Assembly (NCBI RefSeq): GCF_000143415.4
Contig: NW_003314326.1
Span: 310,001 to 374,000 of the forward strand
Reading direction: 5' to 3'
Length of the DNA: 64,000 bases
Source of the DNA: Selaginella moellendorffii
Lineage: Eukaryota; Plantae; Lycopodiophyta
Every line of letters starts with the position of its first letter. Within the stretch, counting starts at the first letter, position 1. Under the pieces are notes generated by a model. The model was not told the DNA's origin and ran no database searches. It saw nothing but the letters and a program-made list of their open reading frames with translations. Both the position numbers and the translations under genes were made by a program. Shown in pieces: positions 51,641 through 63,417 of the stretch.

Positions 51641-52169
51641 CTACTCGCGGATCTCGGGGCATATTCGTTCTTCGTCAAGAACAGGGGACCCCTTCTCTCC
51701 GGGAGGGAATGCGAGCGAGAGGTCCGATCCTTTCCCTCTGGGGGAGAAATCAAGCGTGAGGTCCGTTCGAGGGGGATTTCTCACGTAGACATTGAGCGAT
51801 CGATCGTCCAGGCGAATAATTCCGGACGTGTAGCCATATTCGATGCAGAGGACCCAGATATCCTGGATGGCTTCCATGAAATCGTAGAATGTGTGCGCGG
51901 TGACGCGAGGGACGCCCAGCATCACCACCACCGTCCCAAATCTGCCCTGGTACACATTTGGGGCATTTGGATGATCGAAGAGGAGGGCTTCCCAGGCGTA
52001 GGAGGCGGCGTAGCACATCTCGGACTGGCCCAGGCGATGGCCTTGCTCGTGGCGAAAGCACTGCAAGCGGGCGACTGAGGAGTATGCTGTGGCTGCGTGA
52101 TGGTAGCGGTGCGTGAGCGTGATTCATCACCCCGGCGATCAGAGCGACAACGAACAAGAGCTTTGACAT
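51641..52169 (-). pseudogene. Small secreted Cys-containing protein with an apparent single frameshift
   Basis: Signal-peptide-like MSKLLFVVALIAGVMNHAHA in one frame, and the globular-looking body (ORF 51641-52066) in another. Confidence 0.45.
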
Positions 52170-52339
52170 GATCTTGTTGGGCACTTGATTTTCATCCAGG
52201 CTCTTAAACAACTGGGCGTGGGTTTGTCAACAAAGAAGCGGGAGAATCGATGGAGGCCGTGAAAGGACAAATTGCCCAGTGTTTTCTTTGCAAGGAGCAC
52301 ATATGCCCGAAAAGGGCATAGATTTTGTCCATAGCATAG

Positions 52340-52875
52340 CATGTTTTTGCCAAGACTGTCATGTTGATATCGTACTCAACCTGGACTTATCGATCAGGAT
52401 CGAATTCTGCATATGCCCAAATCGGGTATTTATATGAAGTCAAACTTTTAGCGAGATGGCCGAGCCGGATGCTGTTTTGTAGAATACCATTTTCTTGGCT
52501 TAGACGCAAAGCGGGTAAATAGACCAAGCAATGATCGCCCTTACAAGATTCTCCTCAGGACGCTGGCCGCAAATACCCAAACTGGTCATGTTGATGAAGT
52601 TCCAGATAATGTCCCAGCACAATTCAGTCTCATACATTGCCATTTTTTCATCTTATTCACAGACTAAGCATATTATTGAAGCGAAGGGAGTGTTTGATTT
52701 AATGCCCAAGAAGAACTTTTGTTTTCTTACAACAATGCTTCCGCATACGCCCAAAATGGGCATCTTGAGAAAACTTTTTGATCGCACGACCCTGTCTCAT
52801 GAGACGCTAGACATGCACGGAAGAATTGTAGATTCCGAGAGATTGTTTGGCAGTAACAGGAATGGAGTGATGTGA
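52340..52875 (+). pseudogene. Deletion-riddled partial duplicate of the PPR gene at 53662-55419
   Basis: Colinear with about 53975-54630, with many short deletions and stops. Confidence 0.85.
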
Positions 52876-53307
52876 TGTGGTACAATATTGTTGATTATTT
52901 AGTCAGAATCACTTAATGTCTAAAGTCTCAATCTCGGGCAAGTTGGTGGACCTTGGCTATTTTATCTCTGTCTCAACGCTTCTTCTTTGTGCCATAGCCT
53001 CCTGAAGAAACAGCTGCTAGTTTCTACCTCAAAAGTCTCTTTGCTCCAACCCAAAATCTAGAGCTCAGTGAACACCTCTTACCTTCCCAGATGCGCGGGA
53101 AGGAATTAATGAATATGCTACGCGAATATTTTGGAAGCTAGGGATACAATTCTACTCCATGGCTTCATGGAATGCGGGCAGCAGTGCGCTCAAATCATGC
53201 TCGCCCCCGCTGCCTCGAGCGAGAATTCCCCCGGGCGTGAGAATGCCAGGTGAGAGAAGATTCTTGCTTGCTTTGATTGATCGTGTCCTTGTCCTTGCAC
53301 AGCAGTC

Positions 53308-53626
53308 ATGGTGGCGGCTATGGCGATGAGGACTTGTCGCAATTGTAAGAAGCAATTCGATCCTCTTGCCAACAGCTCAGGAGCTTGCCGATTCCACACA
53401 GCACACTACGGTGGTAAGTTCTTCCTCGAGCTACTTCTCTCTCTTTCTCTTTGTAATCTTCCCTGATCAAGGCGAGACCAAGAGGAAATTCGAGAGCGTG
53501 TACAAGGGAGGCACCATGAACACATCGGGCGCTGGTGAGATCTCTCACTACTGGCACTGCTGCGGCAGCCCAGACCCCTTCGATGCTGGCTGCCAATCCT
53601 CTCCCCATCTCTCGTATGACGATTGA
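53308..53626 (+). CDS. Small conserved-looking Cys/His protein (about 86 aa, 2 exons), putative zinc-binding
   Basis: CRNCKKQFDP...CRFHTAHYG|GETKRKFESVY...YWHCCGSPDPFDAGC. GT-AG intron at about 53414-53471. Confidence 0.8.
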
Positions 53627-53661
53627 TCGATCTCGATCTCCATCGATCTAGACTCGCATGA

Positions 53662-55419
53662 ATGGAACCGGCACTTGTCCTGGATCGCCAGGAATGCATC
53701 CGTCAGCTCAATTCGTGCAGGACTCTGGCCTCGGTGCGGCAAATCCATGCTCAGATTCTCGAATCCCAGATCGCCACCGATGATACCTTCGTCTTCAACA
53801 AGCTCATCGAGGTCTACGGCAAGTGTGGGGGTATCAAGCATGCCGAGGAGGTGTTCCAAAGCATGGATTATTCGCGCGACTCCATCTCCTGGGATTTCAT
53901 GCTCACTGCCTACTCGAGGAACGGGAACCTGGAAGAGTCGAAGCAGCTCTTTGATAGGATGCCTCGTAAAGGAGTCATTGCCTGGACTGTTATGCTGAGA
54001 TCGTATGCTCAATCTGGGCTTATCGATCAGGCAAGAGAGATGCTGGATCGAATGCCAGAGCATGACGCCACATCCTTTAACACGATGATTTCTGCATATG
54101 CCCAAAACGGGTATTTTGATGAAGCCGAGCTTTTGTTTAGTGAGATGCCTGAACCGGATCTTGTTTCGTGGAACACCATTCTCTCCGCTTACACACAAAG
54201 CGGCCGAATAGACCACACAAAGATAGTGTTTTTCAAGATTCCACTCAGGACGCTAGTTTCCTGGAACACTTTCTTGTCTGCAAATACCCAAGCTGGTAAT
54301 ATCAATGAAGTGTTGCTTGTGTTCCAGATTATGCCCGAGCACAATTCAGTCTCCTACACTGCTCTCTTGTCATCTCTTGCGCAAACCGGGCATCTGAGTG
54401 AAGCAAAGAGAGTCTTTGATTCAATGCCCGAGCAGAGCTTCGTTTCCTTTACAGCAATGCTTTCGGCATACGCCCAAAATGGGCATCTTGAGGGTGCGAG
54501 GGAGCTCTTTGATCGCATGCCGGAGCACGACTCCGTCTCGTGGAACGCTATGCTCTCTGCATATGCACAAAACGGAAGGATGGTAGACTCCGAGAGGCTG
54601 TTTGGCAGTATGGCTCACAAGGATATAGTGATGTTGAATGCAATGTTGTGTGCGTATGCTCAAAACGGGCATACTGATAAAACTCAAGAAATCTTCAACG
54701 AGATGCATCACCATAGCTTGGTCTCGTTGAATGCAATGCTTGTCGCCTATGCTTCTGCTGGAAGAGTCAGTGATGCAGTAGCGCTGTTCGAACAGATGCC
54801 GGAGCGGAACGTCGGATCTTGGAATGCCATGCTTGCTGCATTTGGATGTGGACGAATAGAGGAAGCCAAGCATCAGTTTGACACAATGCCGGTGAGGAGC
54901 ATGGGGTCGTGGACGTCGATGCTGGCTGCCTATGCCCAAAACGGGCATATAATGGAAACCAAGAAGATGTTTGACGAGATGCCTCAACACGATCTAGCCG
55001 CCTGGAATTCACTCCTCCTTGCCGCAGCCCAAGACGACGATCGAGAGCTCCTCAGTCGGGTTTTCATGGCAATGCCCCAGCGCGATACCAAATCCTGGGA
55101 CATCTTCCTAGCAGCCCATTGTAGATCGATCGATCACGCCAACACGGCCTTGAAGATCTTCGAAAGGATGCCCGAGAGAGGTAGAGTTTCATGGAGCACA
55201 GCGCTGACCGCGTGTGCCCACGCCAAGCTTGCGGCGGTCAACCTATTCAACGCCATGAAGACCGTGGAGTCTCCGTGCGAGAAAGATTTCCTGATCGCAT
55301 TGTTCAATGCCCAAGATCTAGACGCTGCCCGGCAAATTTTCGTGTCGATTGCTTTTGACTATGGGCAAGAACCGACCACGCAACACTATCTAGCCATGGT
55401 CGAGAGAAAGTTTGACTAA
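53662..55419 (+). CDS. PLS-class PPR protein, C-terminally short
   Basis: 585-aa intronless ORF with tandem about-31-aa PPR repeats. Confidence 0.9.
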   Translation: MEPALVLDRQECIRQLNSCRTLASVRQIHAQILESQIATDDTFVFNKLIEVYGKCGGIKHAEEVFQSMDYSRDSISWDFMLTAYSRNGNLEESKQLFDRMPRKGVIAWTVMLRSYAQSGLIDQAREMLDRMPEHDATSFNTMISAYAQNGYFDEAELLFSEMPEPDLVSWNTILSAYTQSGRIDHTKIVFFKIPLRTLVSWNTFLSANTQAGNINEVLLVFQIMPEHNSVSYTALLSSLAQTGHLSEAKRVFDSMPEQSFVSFTAMLSAYAQNGHLEGARELFDRMPEHDSVSWNAMLSAYAQNGRMVDSERLFGSMAHKDIVMLNAMLCAYAQNGHTDKTQEIFNEMHHHSLVSLNAMLVAYASAGRVSDAVALFEQMPERNVGSWNAMLAAFGCGRIEEAKHQFDTMPVRSMGSWTSMLAAYAQNGHIMETKKMFDEMPQHDLAAWNSLLLAAAQDDDRELLSRVFMAMPQRDTKSWDIFLAAHCRSIDHANTALKIFERMPERGRVSWSTALTACAHAKLAAVNLFNAMKTVESPCEKDFLIALFNAQDLDAARQIFVSIAFDYGQEPTTQHYLAMVERKFD

Positions 55420-55616
55420 ATAGGGTCATTCTTTTCGAATGGTTTGACCAGAAAAAATGGGTCAAAGAAAGGAAAAAAAACAGACAAAAAGGGGCAAAAA
55501 AAAAAAAGTCGTAGGCTCGGCGCTATTTGGGCAGGCTCGGTACCGAGGCTCGAGCCAATGGCTGGCCTTTGCCAGAGCGAGCTCATAGGGTTGTCCGCTA
55601 ATTGCGCGGAAAGGAA

Positions 55617-57320
55617 ATGGCATCTCCCTCCAGCTATGGGTGCTCGCTGTCCAGCAGCCGGGCGCTCTCCACTAGCACGCGGATCCTCGCGCTCAATCCA
55701 CGCAGGCAAAATGTGAGTGCGAATGCGCAGGGTTTTAGATGCGTTCTAGTCACCACCGTCAAGGAGCCCAGCGAGCCCAGAGCTGCTAAAAGGTTTGCAT
55801 GGATGTGGATCAATCGCTGCCTAGATTTCTCTTGATCGCGATCTCTGTTGCTCCTCCAGGCGTGTTGGAAGCGGCACGAAGCTAATCGGCTGTGGCTCGG
55901 CGGTGCCCAAGCAAGTGATCCACAACGATGACTTGTCTAAGTTCCTGGACACCTCCAACGAGTGGATCCTCCCTCGGACTGGGATCGAACAGCGCCGCGT
56001 CCTCTCAGGCAAGAGTTTTGCTCCTTAGTTTCTTGTTTGAGCTTAGAAAGCTCGAGCTTTAGAGCTCGAGAGAGAGGGCTAGAGCTAAATCGCTCGAGCA
56101 CGCGCAGGTGAGGAGACTCTCAAGGGCCTGGCTGTGGATGCATGCAAGAGGGCTCTGGAAATGGCGAAAGTAGAGCCTGAAGATCTCGATCTCATCCTGT
56201 TTTGCACATCCTCTGCGGAAGATACGTTCGGTGGTGCTCCCGAGGTATCGATCAAACTCCCGGCTTTCCATCTTTTTCATTGATTCTCTCGTTTCCTCCC
56301 GCAAGATCCAGCGCGAGCTCAGCTGCTCCAACGCGCTCGCCTTCGACTTAACTGCGGCATGTAGCGGCTTCGTCGTGGGCCTCGTTACTGCTACACGATA
56401 TATCAAAGGTGGTCAATCGATCGAGAGAAGCAAAAGCGCTCCTTTTATCTTTTCTCTTTCCATCTCACAAACTCGAGCTCTTTCTTGCAGGAGGTGGATA
56501 CAAGACGGCTCTCGTGGTTGGCGCCGATGCACTGTCGAGATATGTCGACTGGAGCGATCGATCGACGTGTATTCTTTTCGGGGACGGCGCTGGAGCTGTG
56601 GTTTTACAGGTACTGTAACGAGAAAAGACGAACTTTTCGTGTTTGTTTGTGGATGAGCTTGCGATGATTTCCAGGCGTGCAGCGAGGACGAGGACAGTTT
56701 GCTTGGCTTTGATATGCACACCGATGGAAGCGGACAAAAGTAAGATCCTGATTTTATTCATTGCTTTGCAGGACGCTGGATTTGCTCCTTTTTTTTATCC
56801 AGACACCTCCACGCAAGGATCGAGCCAGCGGAGGACGCAAAGATCCTCCACAATGGAAATGGATCCACAACCATCAGCACTCCTGCGAGACCACCATCGT
56901 ATCAATGCGTCCAGATGAACGGGAGAGAGGTGTTTCGATTTGCTGTACGCTCGGTTCCTCAAGTTGTGGAGGCCGCGTTGCAAGAGGCCGGTCTCGAGAA
57001 TCACCACATCGATTGGCTTCTACTCCACCAGGTTCGTCGTGATTCTAAGTTCTTCTTGGAGCGGCGCTATCATTTTCTTTTTTTTTTTGTTCTTCCAGGC
57101 AAACCAAAGAATCATAGACGCAGTGTCCGAGAGATTGGCGATATCGCAGGAAAGAGTGTTATCCAACTTGGTAAACTATGGCAACACGAGTGCCGCGTCC
57201 ATTCCTCTGGCGCTGGACGAGGCGGTCCGGAGTGGCAAAGTGAAGCGCGGCGACGTGATCGCCTCCGCGGGTTTTGGAGCTGGTCTTACGTGGGCGAGCG
57301 CCATTTTCAAGTGGGGATAG
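55617..57320 (+). CDS. fabH: Plastid 3-oxoacyl-ACP synthase III (KAS III)
   Basis: [18 protein letters not shown] (catalytic Cys), [26 protein letters not shown]|[27 protein letters not shown]. Confidence 0.95.
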
Positions 57321-57398
57321 ATGATAGCTAGATAATCGCGTAGCTATTCTTTATTTCTCTGGAAATAATACTATTCTTTTTGGAATGCGTCCATCTCC

Positions 57399-58916
57399 AT
57401 GGCGGCGGCGAGGAGCGCGGAGGTGTTGAGCGTGGACGAATGCATCCATCTTCTCAAGGTTTGCAGGAGCAAGGTGGAAGCGGAGAAAATGGATGCGTTG
57501 ATCCAGCAGGAGAGTTTCCTTCCGGATCACAGGGTCTACCTTTCGAATCTCCTCGTCCAGGCGTACGGGCGGTGTGGGAGCGTGGAAAACGCCCGCCGGA
57601 TCTTCGATTCCATCTCGCCCAGGAGCGTTTTCACTTGGAACTTGATGCTCGCTGCATATGCCCACAATGGGCATATGTCCGACTGTAGAGCCTTCTTTCA
57701 AAAGATGCCCACTTACGACGTAGTGTCTTACAACACTATGCTGGCTGCTCACTCGCAGTATGGGGATCTGGAGATGGCCAAAGCACTGTTTGTGGCGATG
57801 CCCGTTCGAGACACAGTCTCCTGGAACGCTATGCTTTCTGCATATGCCCAAAACGGGCATGTGTTGGACGCGAAGAAAGTATTCGACGGGACTCCCGAGT
57901 GGAGTTTTGTCTCCTGGAATGCCATGCTGTCTGCATACACACAATCCGGGGATATAAGAAAAGCCCGAATGCTGTTTGCAAAGATCCCGTTTTGCGACCA
58001 CACGTCGTATAACATACTTCTTTCTGCGTGTGCCAAGTGCGGGCATTTGCGGGAGGCAAAGGATCTGTTCGATCAAATGCCGTGCAAGGATCTCGTGTCG
58101 TGTACGGCTCTGGTTTCGGCTTATGCCCAGCACGGCTATCTCGAGGACGCGAAAGTAATATTCGATTGGATGCCTGATCGAAACCTTGTCTCTTGGAAGT
58201 CAATGCTCGTGGCCTACACCACAAATGGGCATTTGGATGATGCGAAGGCGTTGTTTAAGGAGATGCCAGATCGTGATACTTGCTCTTGGAACGTGATGCT
58301 AGCGGCGAGCTCCGAGAGCTGCAATCTCATCGAGGTGATTGACTTGTTTTATTTGATTCCTGATCGTAATGTGATATCTTGGAGTGTGATGCTGGCGGTG
58401 ACTGGAGTGCGTGGTGCAAAGAAGTGGTTTGATCGAATGCCAGAGCATGATACAGTGGCATGGAATGTGATCTTATCTCTCGTGTCCTTCCAGAAGACTG
58501 GATCTGGTTATGCGCTGCAGCTCTTGAGCGAGATGATGGTCACGGGGTTTAGACCCAACGACGCTTCTTTTGTGTGCGCACTCGTGTCCTCAAGCCATGC
58601 TGGTAACACGCGGTCCGGAATCCATTACTGCAAATCCATCTCCTTTGATCATGGATTGCATCTGTCCAAGCAGCAATTTGGATGCATGGTTGATCTTCTT
58701 GGAAGGGCGGGATTTGCTAGAGAGGCTGAGGATCTGATCAGGAACATGCCATACAGTGCAGATGCCATTGATTGGAAATCCTTGCTGAGTGCGTGTAAGA
58801 GTCACAAGGAATTGGAACTTGGGCTTGGGCTACGGATTGGACAGAGTATCCGCTGTGACCCCGCAGCACTTCTATTGCTCGAGAACCTGTCCAAAATGCC
58901 AAGCACAAACACGTAA
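57399..58916 (+). CDS. PLS-class PPR protein with an E-type end
   Basis: 505-aa intronless ORF with PPR repeats and FGCMVDLLGRAG. Confidence 0.92.
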   Translation: MAAARSAEVLSVDECIHLLKVCRSKVEAEKMDALIQQESFLPDHRVYLSNLLVQAYGRCGSVENARRIFDSISPRSVFTWNLMLAAYAHNGHMSDCRAFFQKMPTYDVVSYNTMLAAHSQYGDLEMAKALFVAMPVRDTVSWNAMLSAYAQNGHVLDAKKVFDGTPEWSFVSWNAMLSAYTQSGDIRKARMLFAKIPFCDHTSYNILLSACAKCGHLREAKDLFDQMPCKDLVSCTALVSAYAQHGYLEDAKVIFDWMPDRNLVSWKSMLVAYTTNGHLDDAKALFKEMPDRDTCSWNVMLAASSESCNLIEVIDLFYLIPDRNVISWSVMLAVTGVRGAKKWFDRMPEHDTVAWNVILSLVSFQKTGSGYALQLLSEMMVTGFRPNDASFVCALVSSSHAGNTRSGIHYCKSISFDHGLHLSKQQFGCMVDLLGRAGFAREAEDLIRNMPYSADAIDWKSLLSACKSHKELELGLGLRIGQSIRCDPAALLLLENLSKMPSTNT

Positions 58917-59019
58917 AGATTTAATTGCTTACATCATTTATAAATCACCACAAATGAATGCAAAGGTGGGCATATAGCTTTTGCAATGAGGAGAACAAAG
59001 TTACTATCGTGTACTTAAA

Positions 59020-59434
59020 GAGAGAGAATTCAAACACGAGAACGTAGTGAGAGCTCGTATGGTTTTCTCTGCAACATCAAGAGCTTGTATCTCAAAAGGG
59101 ACGAGCAAGTGCATTTCTCTCCAATCAAAGAAATCATGCGGCAACTCTTGGTGGGCTTGGCAAGCTTGCCCGAACGCGATCTTGTGGACCAGGATGTTCA
59201 GCCTGCGACAGCAACTTTTTGGTGAAACTGGGGGATTTCCAAAGCTCAAGAGGGCTTTCAACTCCACCAAAGCCAGAAGTTACTAGATCATTGGGAAACA
59301 GGGCTCTGGAAGTTATTTCCGGGGAGGCCGAAAAGATGGTGTGGGGCGCTGGAGTTGTATTTGCACTGATGCTTTTGGGAGAAAACCCTTTTGACTTGAG
59401 CTGGGATAAGTGGAGAGCGATTGGTATACGCTGA
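59020..59434 (+). pseudogene. Degenerate CMGC-like protein kinase fragment
   Basis: FKHENVV, IKEIMRQLLVGLA, DQDVQP (HRDxKP-like), VKLGDFQ, RALEVI, VWGAGVVFALMLLG..PF, spread over shifted frames. Confidence 0.6.
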
Positions 59435-59699
59435 TTGATTTGAGGAGAGATTTACCGTGCAACAAGCTTTGAGTTCAGTGTATTTTACAGTACAATCACA
59501 AGACATCGAGGATGTTATCAAAGAAGGAAAGGTGAACGATTCTAGTTATGTGCACTCCTATACTCAGTTAGCATTCGGTTTCATGATATGCTTGTGCCGG
59601 AGTATGAGGCAGCAAGGTGGCAATGTAAAGTCAAGTTAATGATGCAACAACGAGTCATGAAGAATGAAAAAATCTGTGTTGTTGTGGCTCAGCCTGATC

Positions 59700-60944
59700 T
59701 AGTTGAGCAAAAATTCCCCAGTAGCAACCACTTTAGAGATTTTGCCAATCACTTCTTTTGTTCTGCCAATGCAGCATTGATGTCGTCCGTCGTCAGTTTG
59801 CCACCTGCGCCCCCACTGTGATCTTCAACAGTGCCTCAAAGAACCTCCTGTGATCCAGAGTAGCGGCACCACCACTTGCTGAGACATTTGGCATGGAATA
59901 ACACTGGAAACAGAGGTAATGTCAACAAAGAGCTTCGATCGAGAAGAGCTTCACAGTACCTGAGTGTTGAGGTACTCTTTGGGGTAACCAGCACCATTTC
60001 TACTGTTCCACTTGTGTCGATTTTGGAGTTTCGCTTCGAGTTTGGCTCATATTTATGCGTAAACATCGAGCACCCCATATTTCCAGTGGAATGCTGACCA
60101 CTGCATGACGTGAATGGGTTCTACGCAACCTTTGCTGAGGTTGGCGAGACCTTCTTTGCAGGCATACTTGAGGACTTGATACAAACCATCCTCGCTCAAA
60201 GGCTGAAAGAGTTGGAAGTATAAATCAGCACTAGAGAACGACAAAGTTTAAGAAAATACCTCTTTCCCCTCCACAACCAGCCTTGTGACCCAAGCCTTAT
60301 ATCCCGCGCTCCATACCTTGACGGAAAAGTCCTCCTGTGAGAACTTAGAGCTTGCTTGCTTGAGATCCGATTCCTCGGAGGTTTCCTCTTCCATTCTCGT
60401 ATTCTTCTTGCGATTCAGACTGATACGAAGACGATGTATAGTGTGAGCTTCACAAAATAGAAAAATCTCCTGGATTACCATGCAAACTTCGTCTACGAAC
60501 GTCAGAGTTTCGGTCCATATTATCGGACAGTCTGATCAGCCAGGGATCATCTTCCTCTTCCCCGTCTTCCTTCTCGTGGACGTGTTCGTCTTGCAGTCCC
60601 CAAGGTCTGGAGAAGGCCAGCACCCAGCCAGGAAACTCCAATGACAAGATTCGTTCCTTCTTGATTTGAAAACTCTGCTATAGCTCTTAAATCTTTTATT
60701 GTTCTTAAACTTACCAATTGCACCTGCGTGTAGCAACAAGGAAAATTTAGTGTGATAAGACACTCAATTCTCTTACCTTGTTCACAGAAGGAGAAGTTGA
60801 CACAAAGAAGAGGAACGGCTCATTGATCATTAGAACATCCTTGCTGTACTGGCTGCCACTTTTGCGCTTCTTGATGCGAGCTTCATCCTCTCTAACAAGA
60901 TCATCCATTCTTCTTGCCACTTGAATTAGCTCCTCCATCGACAA
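59700..60944 (-). other. Fragmented coding-like sequence of unknown family, probably a spliced gene relic
   Basis: A chain of short minus-strand ORFs with plausible splice sites and no recognised motif. Confidence 0.25.
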
Positions 60945-61163
60945 ACAAAAATTTATTTTATTTTATTTTTTAAAAAAAATTTTAAAAAAAATCAAAGGAA
61001 AGTGAATTTTTCTTCCTCGTTATTACGTTCATGAATTTTTTCTTGAACATCGTTTTGTTCTCTAACTGTATATTAACAGCATGAGAAATTAGACAGATAA
61101 AAGTTGATGTGTGTTTGATACGGAGTCTTTCCTTTTCTTTTGAAGAGAGAGCAGGATTTATTT

Positions 61164-63395
61164 CTAATTTGACTTGTCGTATTGAGCATACATGTTTGAG
61201 AGCAAAAGGTACGAGGCTTGGGTTGGGTTGAGCTCAGCAACTCGCAAGGCTCTCTCAAAGTCACCGCAAATTTTGTAAGCACTGAGCAGGCAATTCCAGG
61301 TAGCAGCACTGGGCTTGCACGGCATGCCCAGCATCAAATCCTCCGCTTCATTCACGAGCCCAAGCCTCCCAAGAAGATCAATCACACACGAGAAATGGTC
61401 CACTCCCGGTTCTAGTCCATAGTCCCTGGAGATAGAAACGAACTCGTCCACAGCAGCATCGAGTAGCCCCGCATGGCAGCACATTGTAAGCAGGCTGAGG
61501 AACGTCACAGCGTCGGGCTCCACACCTTCCAAGCCCATCACTCTCCACAGGCCAAAGGCTTGCTCCTCCTGCTTGTGAAAGACATAGACGCCCAGCATCG
61601 CACTCCACAGGACGACGTTCCTCTGATCCATTCCCTCGAACACTTTCCTCGCGTCTTGGGGACTTCCACACTTGCCGAACATGTCTACGATGGCACAGCC
61701 CAGCCTCACGTCCGCCTCCACCTCGATCTGCAGCTCGATCACCATCGAGTAGATGCTTTCACCGAGAGCCAGCGAGTTCATCAAGGAGCAAGCGTGGAGC
61801 AAGACCACGAAAGTTGCAGCGTCGGGCTGTATGCCATCCATGTCCATCACCGGAAGTAAATCGAGAGAGAGCTTCGCATAGCCGGCCTGAGAGTAGGCCG
61901 AGACCATAGAGTTCCAGGCGACCACGTCCTTGGCTGGCATCTCATGAAAGATAGCTTCGGCAATCTCAAGCTGACCATCTTGAGCGTGAGCAGCTAGAAG
62001 GATTGTTCCACTCACTACGTCCTTTACTGCCATCTTTGCGTGGAGCTCCCTGGCATTTTGGAGGCAGCCATTCTCGACAAATGCCGTGACCAGTGCCGAA
62101 GCTAGCAGTGCGTCCGTAGGAAACTTATCAAACACGGACTTTGCATCGTTGATCCGTCCCAGTCTGCCGTAGTTTCGAACCAGAGCGAGAGCAAAACCAG
62201 CGTCCACTTCCGAGTATCTCCAAAGGAAATTCTCGTGGACGCTCTTGACGTCCATCGCAGTCGAGCAAACATTAAGAGCAACCGCGAGAGTGCTACAGCT
62301 CGGCCTTGCGCCATCCAGATTCATCACCTGGTAATACTTCCACGCATCTCGCGGCCGCTGAGCGTGGTTAAATGCCGTGATCATCGTGCTCCAGGAGATA
62401 GCATTCTTCTGAGGCATGTCACGGAAGAAGCTTTCCGCTTCGCTGAGACGTCTGTTCTGGCAGTAAGTTCCAAGCATGGCGTTCCAGCACATAATCTCCT
62501 TCTCCTTTTCCTTCTCCGGAACCGCATCAAACGTCCTCCTGGCTTGGTCAACTCGGCCTCCCTCGCCATAAGCCGTGATCATCACAATCCACGAAATTGT
62601 GCTTCGCTCGGGCATACTTTCGAACCGCTCGATAGCTCTTTCCATACGTCCGGATTGAGCATACGCTGCGACGACGATGTTCCACGATGCAACGCTCCAC
62701 TCGGGCATTTTGTGAAAGAGCTCCGCTGCGTAGTCGCTACACCCGCACTGGCTATACATGAAGAGTAGCGCGTTCCTCGCCAACAGGCCTGTGACACCCG
62801 GCCTCTCATCTATATGAAACGCAACCTTCTCGCCATCTTCCAGGGACTGTAGCTTCGCACAGGCATCTAAGGAGCTGACGAAAGTAGCATTCGTAGGCTC
62901 AAGGCCATCCAGGCACATTTTCCTGTACTGCTGGAGAGCGTCCCTGTAGTGCCCGTTCTGGACGTAACCGGAGATCATGGCGTTCCAGGAAACTGTGTCT
63001 CTCTCCGGCATCTCGTCGAAAAAGAGCTTGGCTTCAGTCACGTACTCGTTCTGTGCGTATCCAGTAAGCATGCTATTCCACAGCACGATGTTGTGACTCG
63101 GGCTCTTGTCAAAAGTCTTCCTTGCGAGACTTATATGCCCGTTCTGGGCATACGCCACCATCATGATATTCCAGGTGAAAACACTACGCTGCCTCGTCCG
63201 GTCGAATGCCTGGCATGATTCCTCCAATCTCCCACAGCTTCCATACGTTCGCACCAACAGGCCCCCGATAAGCGACTCCTTCTCGCATCCAAGCCTGGCA
63301 AGCTCGCAATGTAGCTGCTTTCCATGAGCAAGGGCCTTCTCGTTTCCGTGCCGACGGAGAAGATTTGCAAGCCTGCCGAGTTTACCATCTCTCAT
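61164..63395 (-). CDS. PLS-class PPR protein with an E-type end
   Basis: 743-aa intronless ORF with HFSCVIDLLGRLG and YLLLSNMYA. Confidence 0.93.
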   Translation of the reverse strand: MRDGKLGRLANLLRRHGNEKALAHGKQLHCELARLGCEKESLIGGLLVRTYGSCGRLEESCQAFDRTRQRSVFTWNIMMVAYAQNGHISLARKTFDKSPSHNIVLWNSMLTGYAQNEYVTEAKLFFDEMPERDTVSWNAMISGYVQNGHYRDALQQYRKMCLDGLEPTNATFVSSLDACAKLQSLEDGEKVAFHIDERPGVTGLLARNALLFMYSQCGCSDYAAELFHKMPEWSVASWNIVVAAYAQSGRMERAIERFESMPERSTISWIVMITAYGEGGRVDQARRTFDAVPEKEKEKEIMCWNAMLGTYCQNRRLSEAESFFRDMPQKNAISWSTMITAFNHAQRPRDAWKYYQVMNLDGARPSCSTLAVALNVCSTAMDVKSVHENFLWRYSEVDAGFALALVRNYGRLGRINDAKSVFDKFPTDALLASALVTAFVENGCLQNARELHAKMAVKDVVSGTILLAAHAQDGQLEIAEAIFHEMPAKDVVAWNSMVSAYSQAGYAKLSLDLLPVMDMDGIQPDAATFVVLLHACSLMNSLALGESIYSMVIELQIEVEADVRLGCAIVDMFGKCGSPQDARKVFEGMDQRNVVLWSAMLGVYVFHKQEEQAFGLWRVMGLEGVEPDAVTFLSLLTMCCHAGLLDAAVDEFVSISRDYGLEPGVDHFSCVIDLLGRLGLVNEAEDLMLGMPCKPSAATWNCLLSAYKICGDFERALRVAELNPTQASYLLLSNMYAQYDKSN

Positions 63396-63417
63396 GCTCT
63401 GCTGATACTCATCTCAG

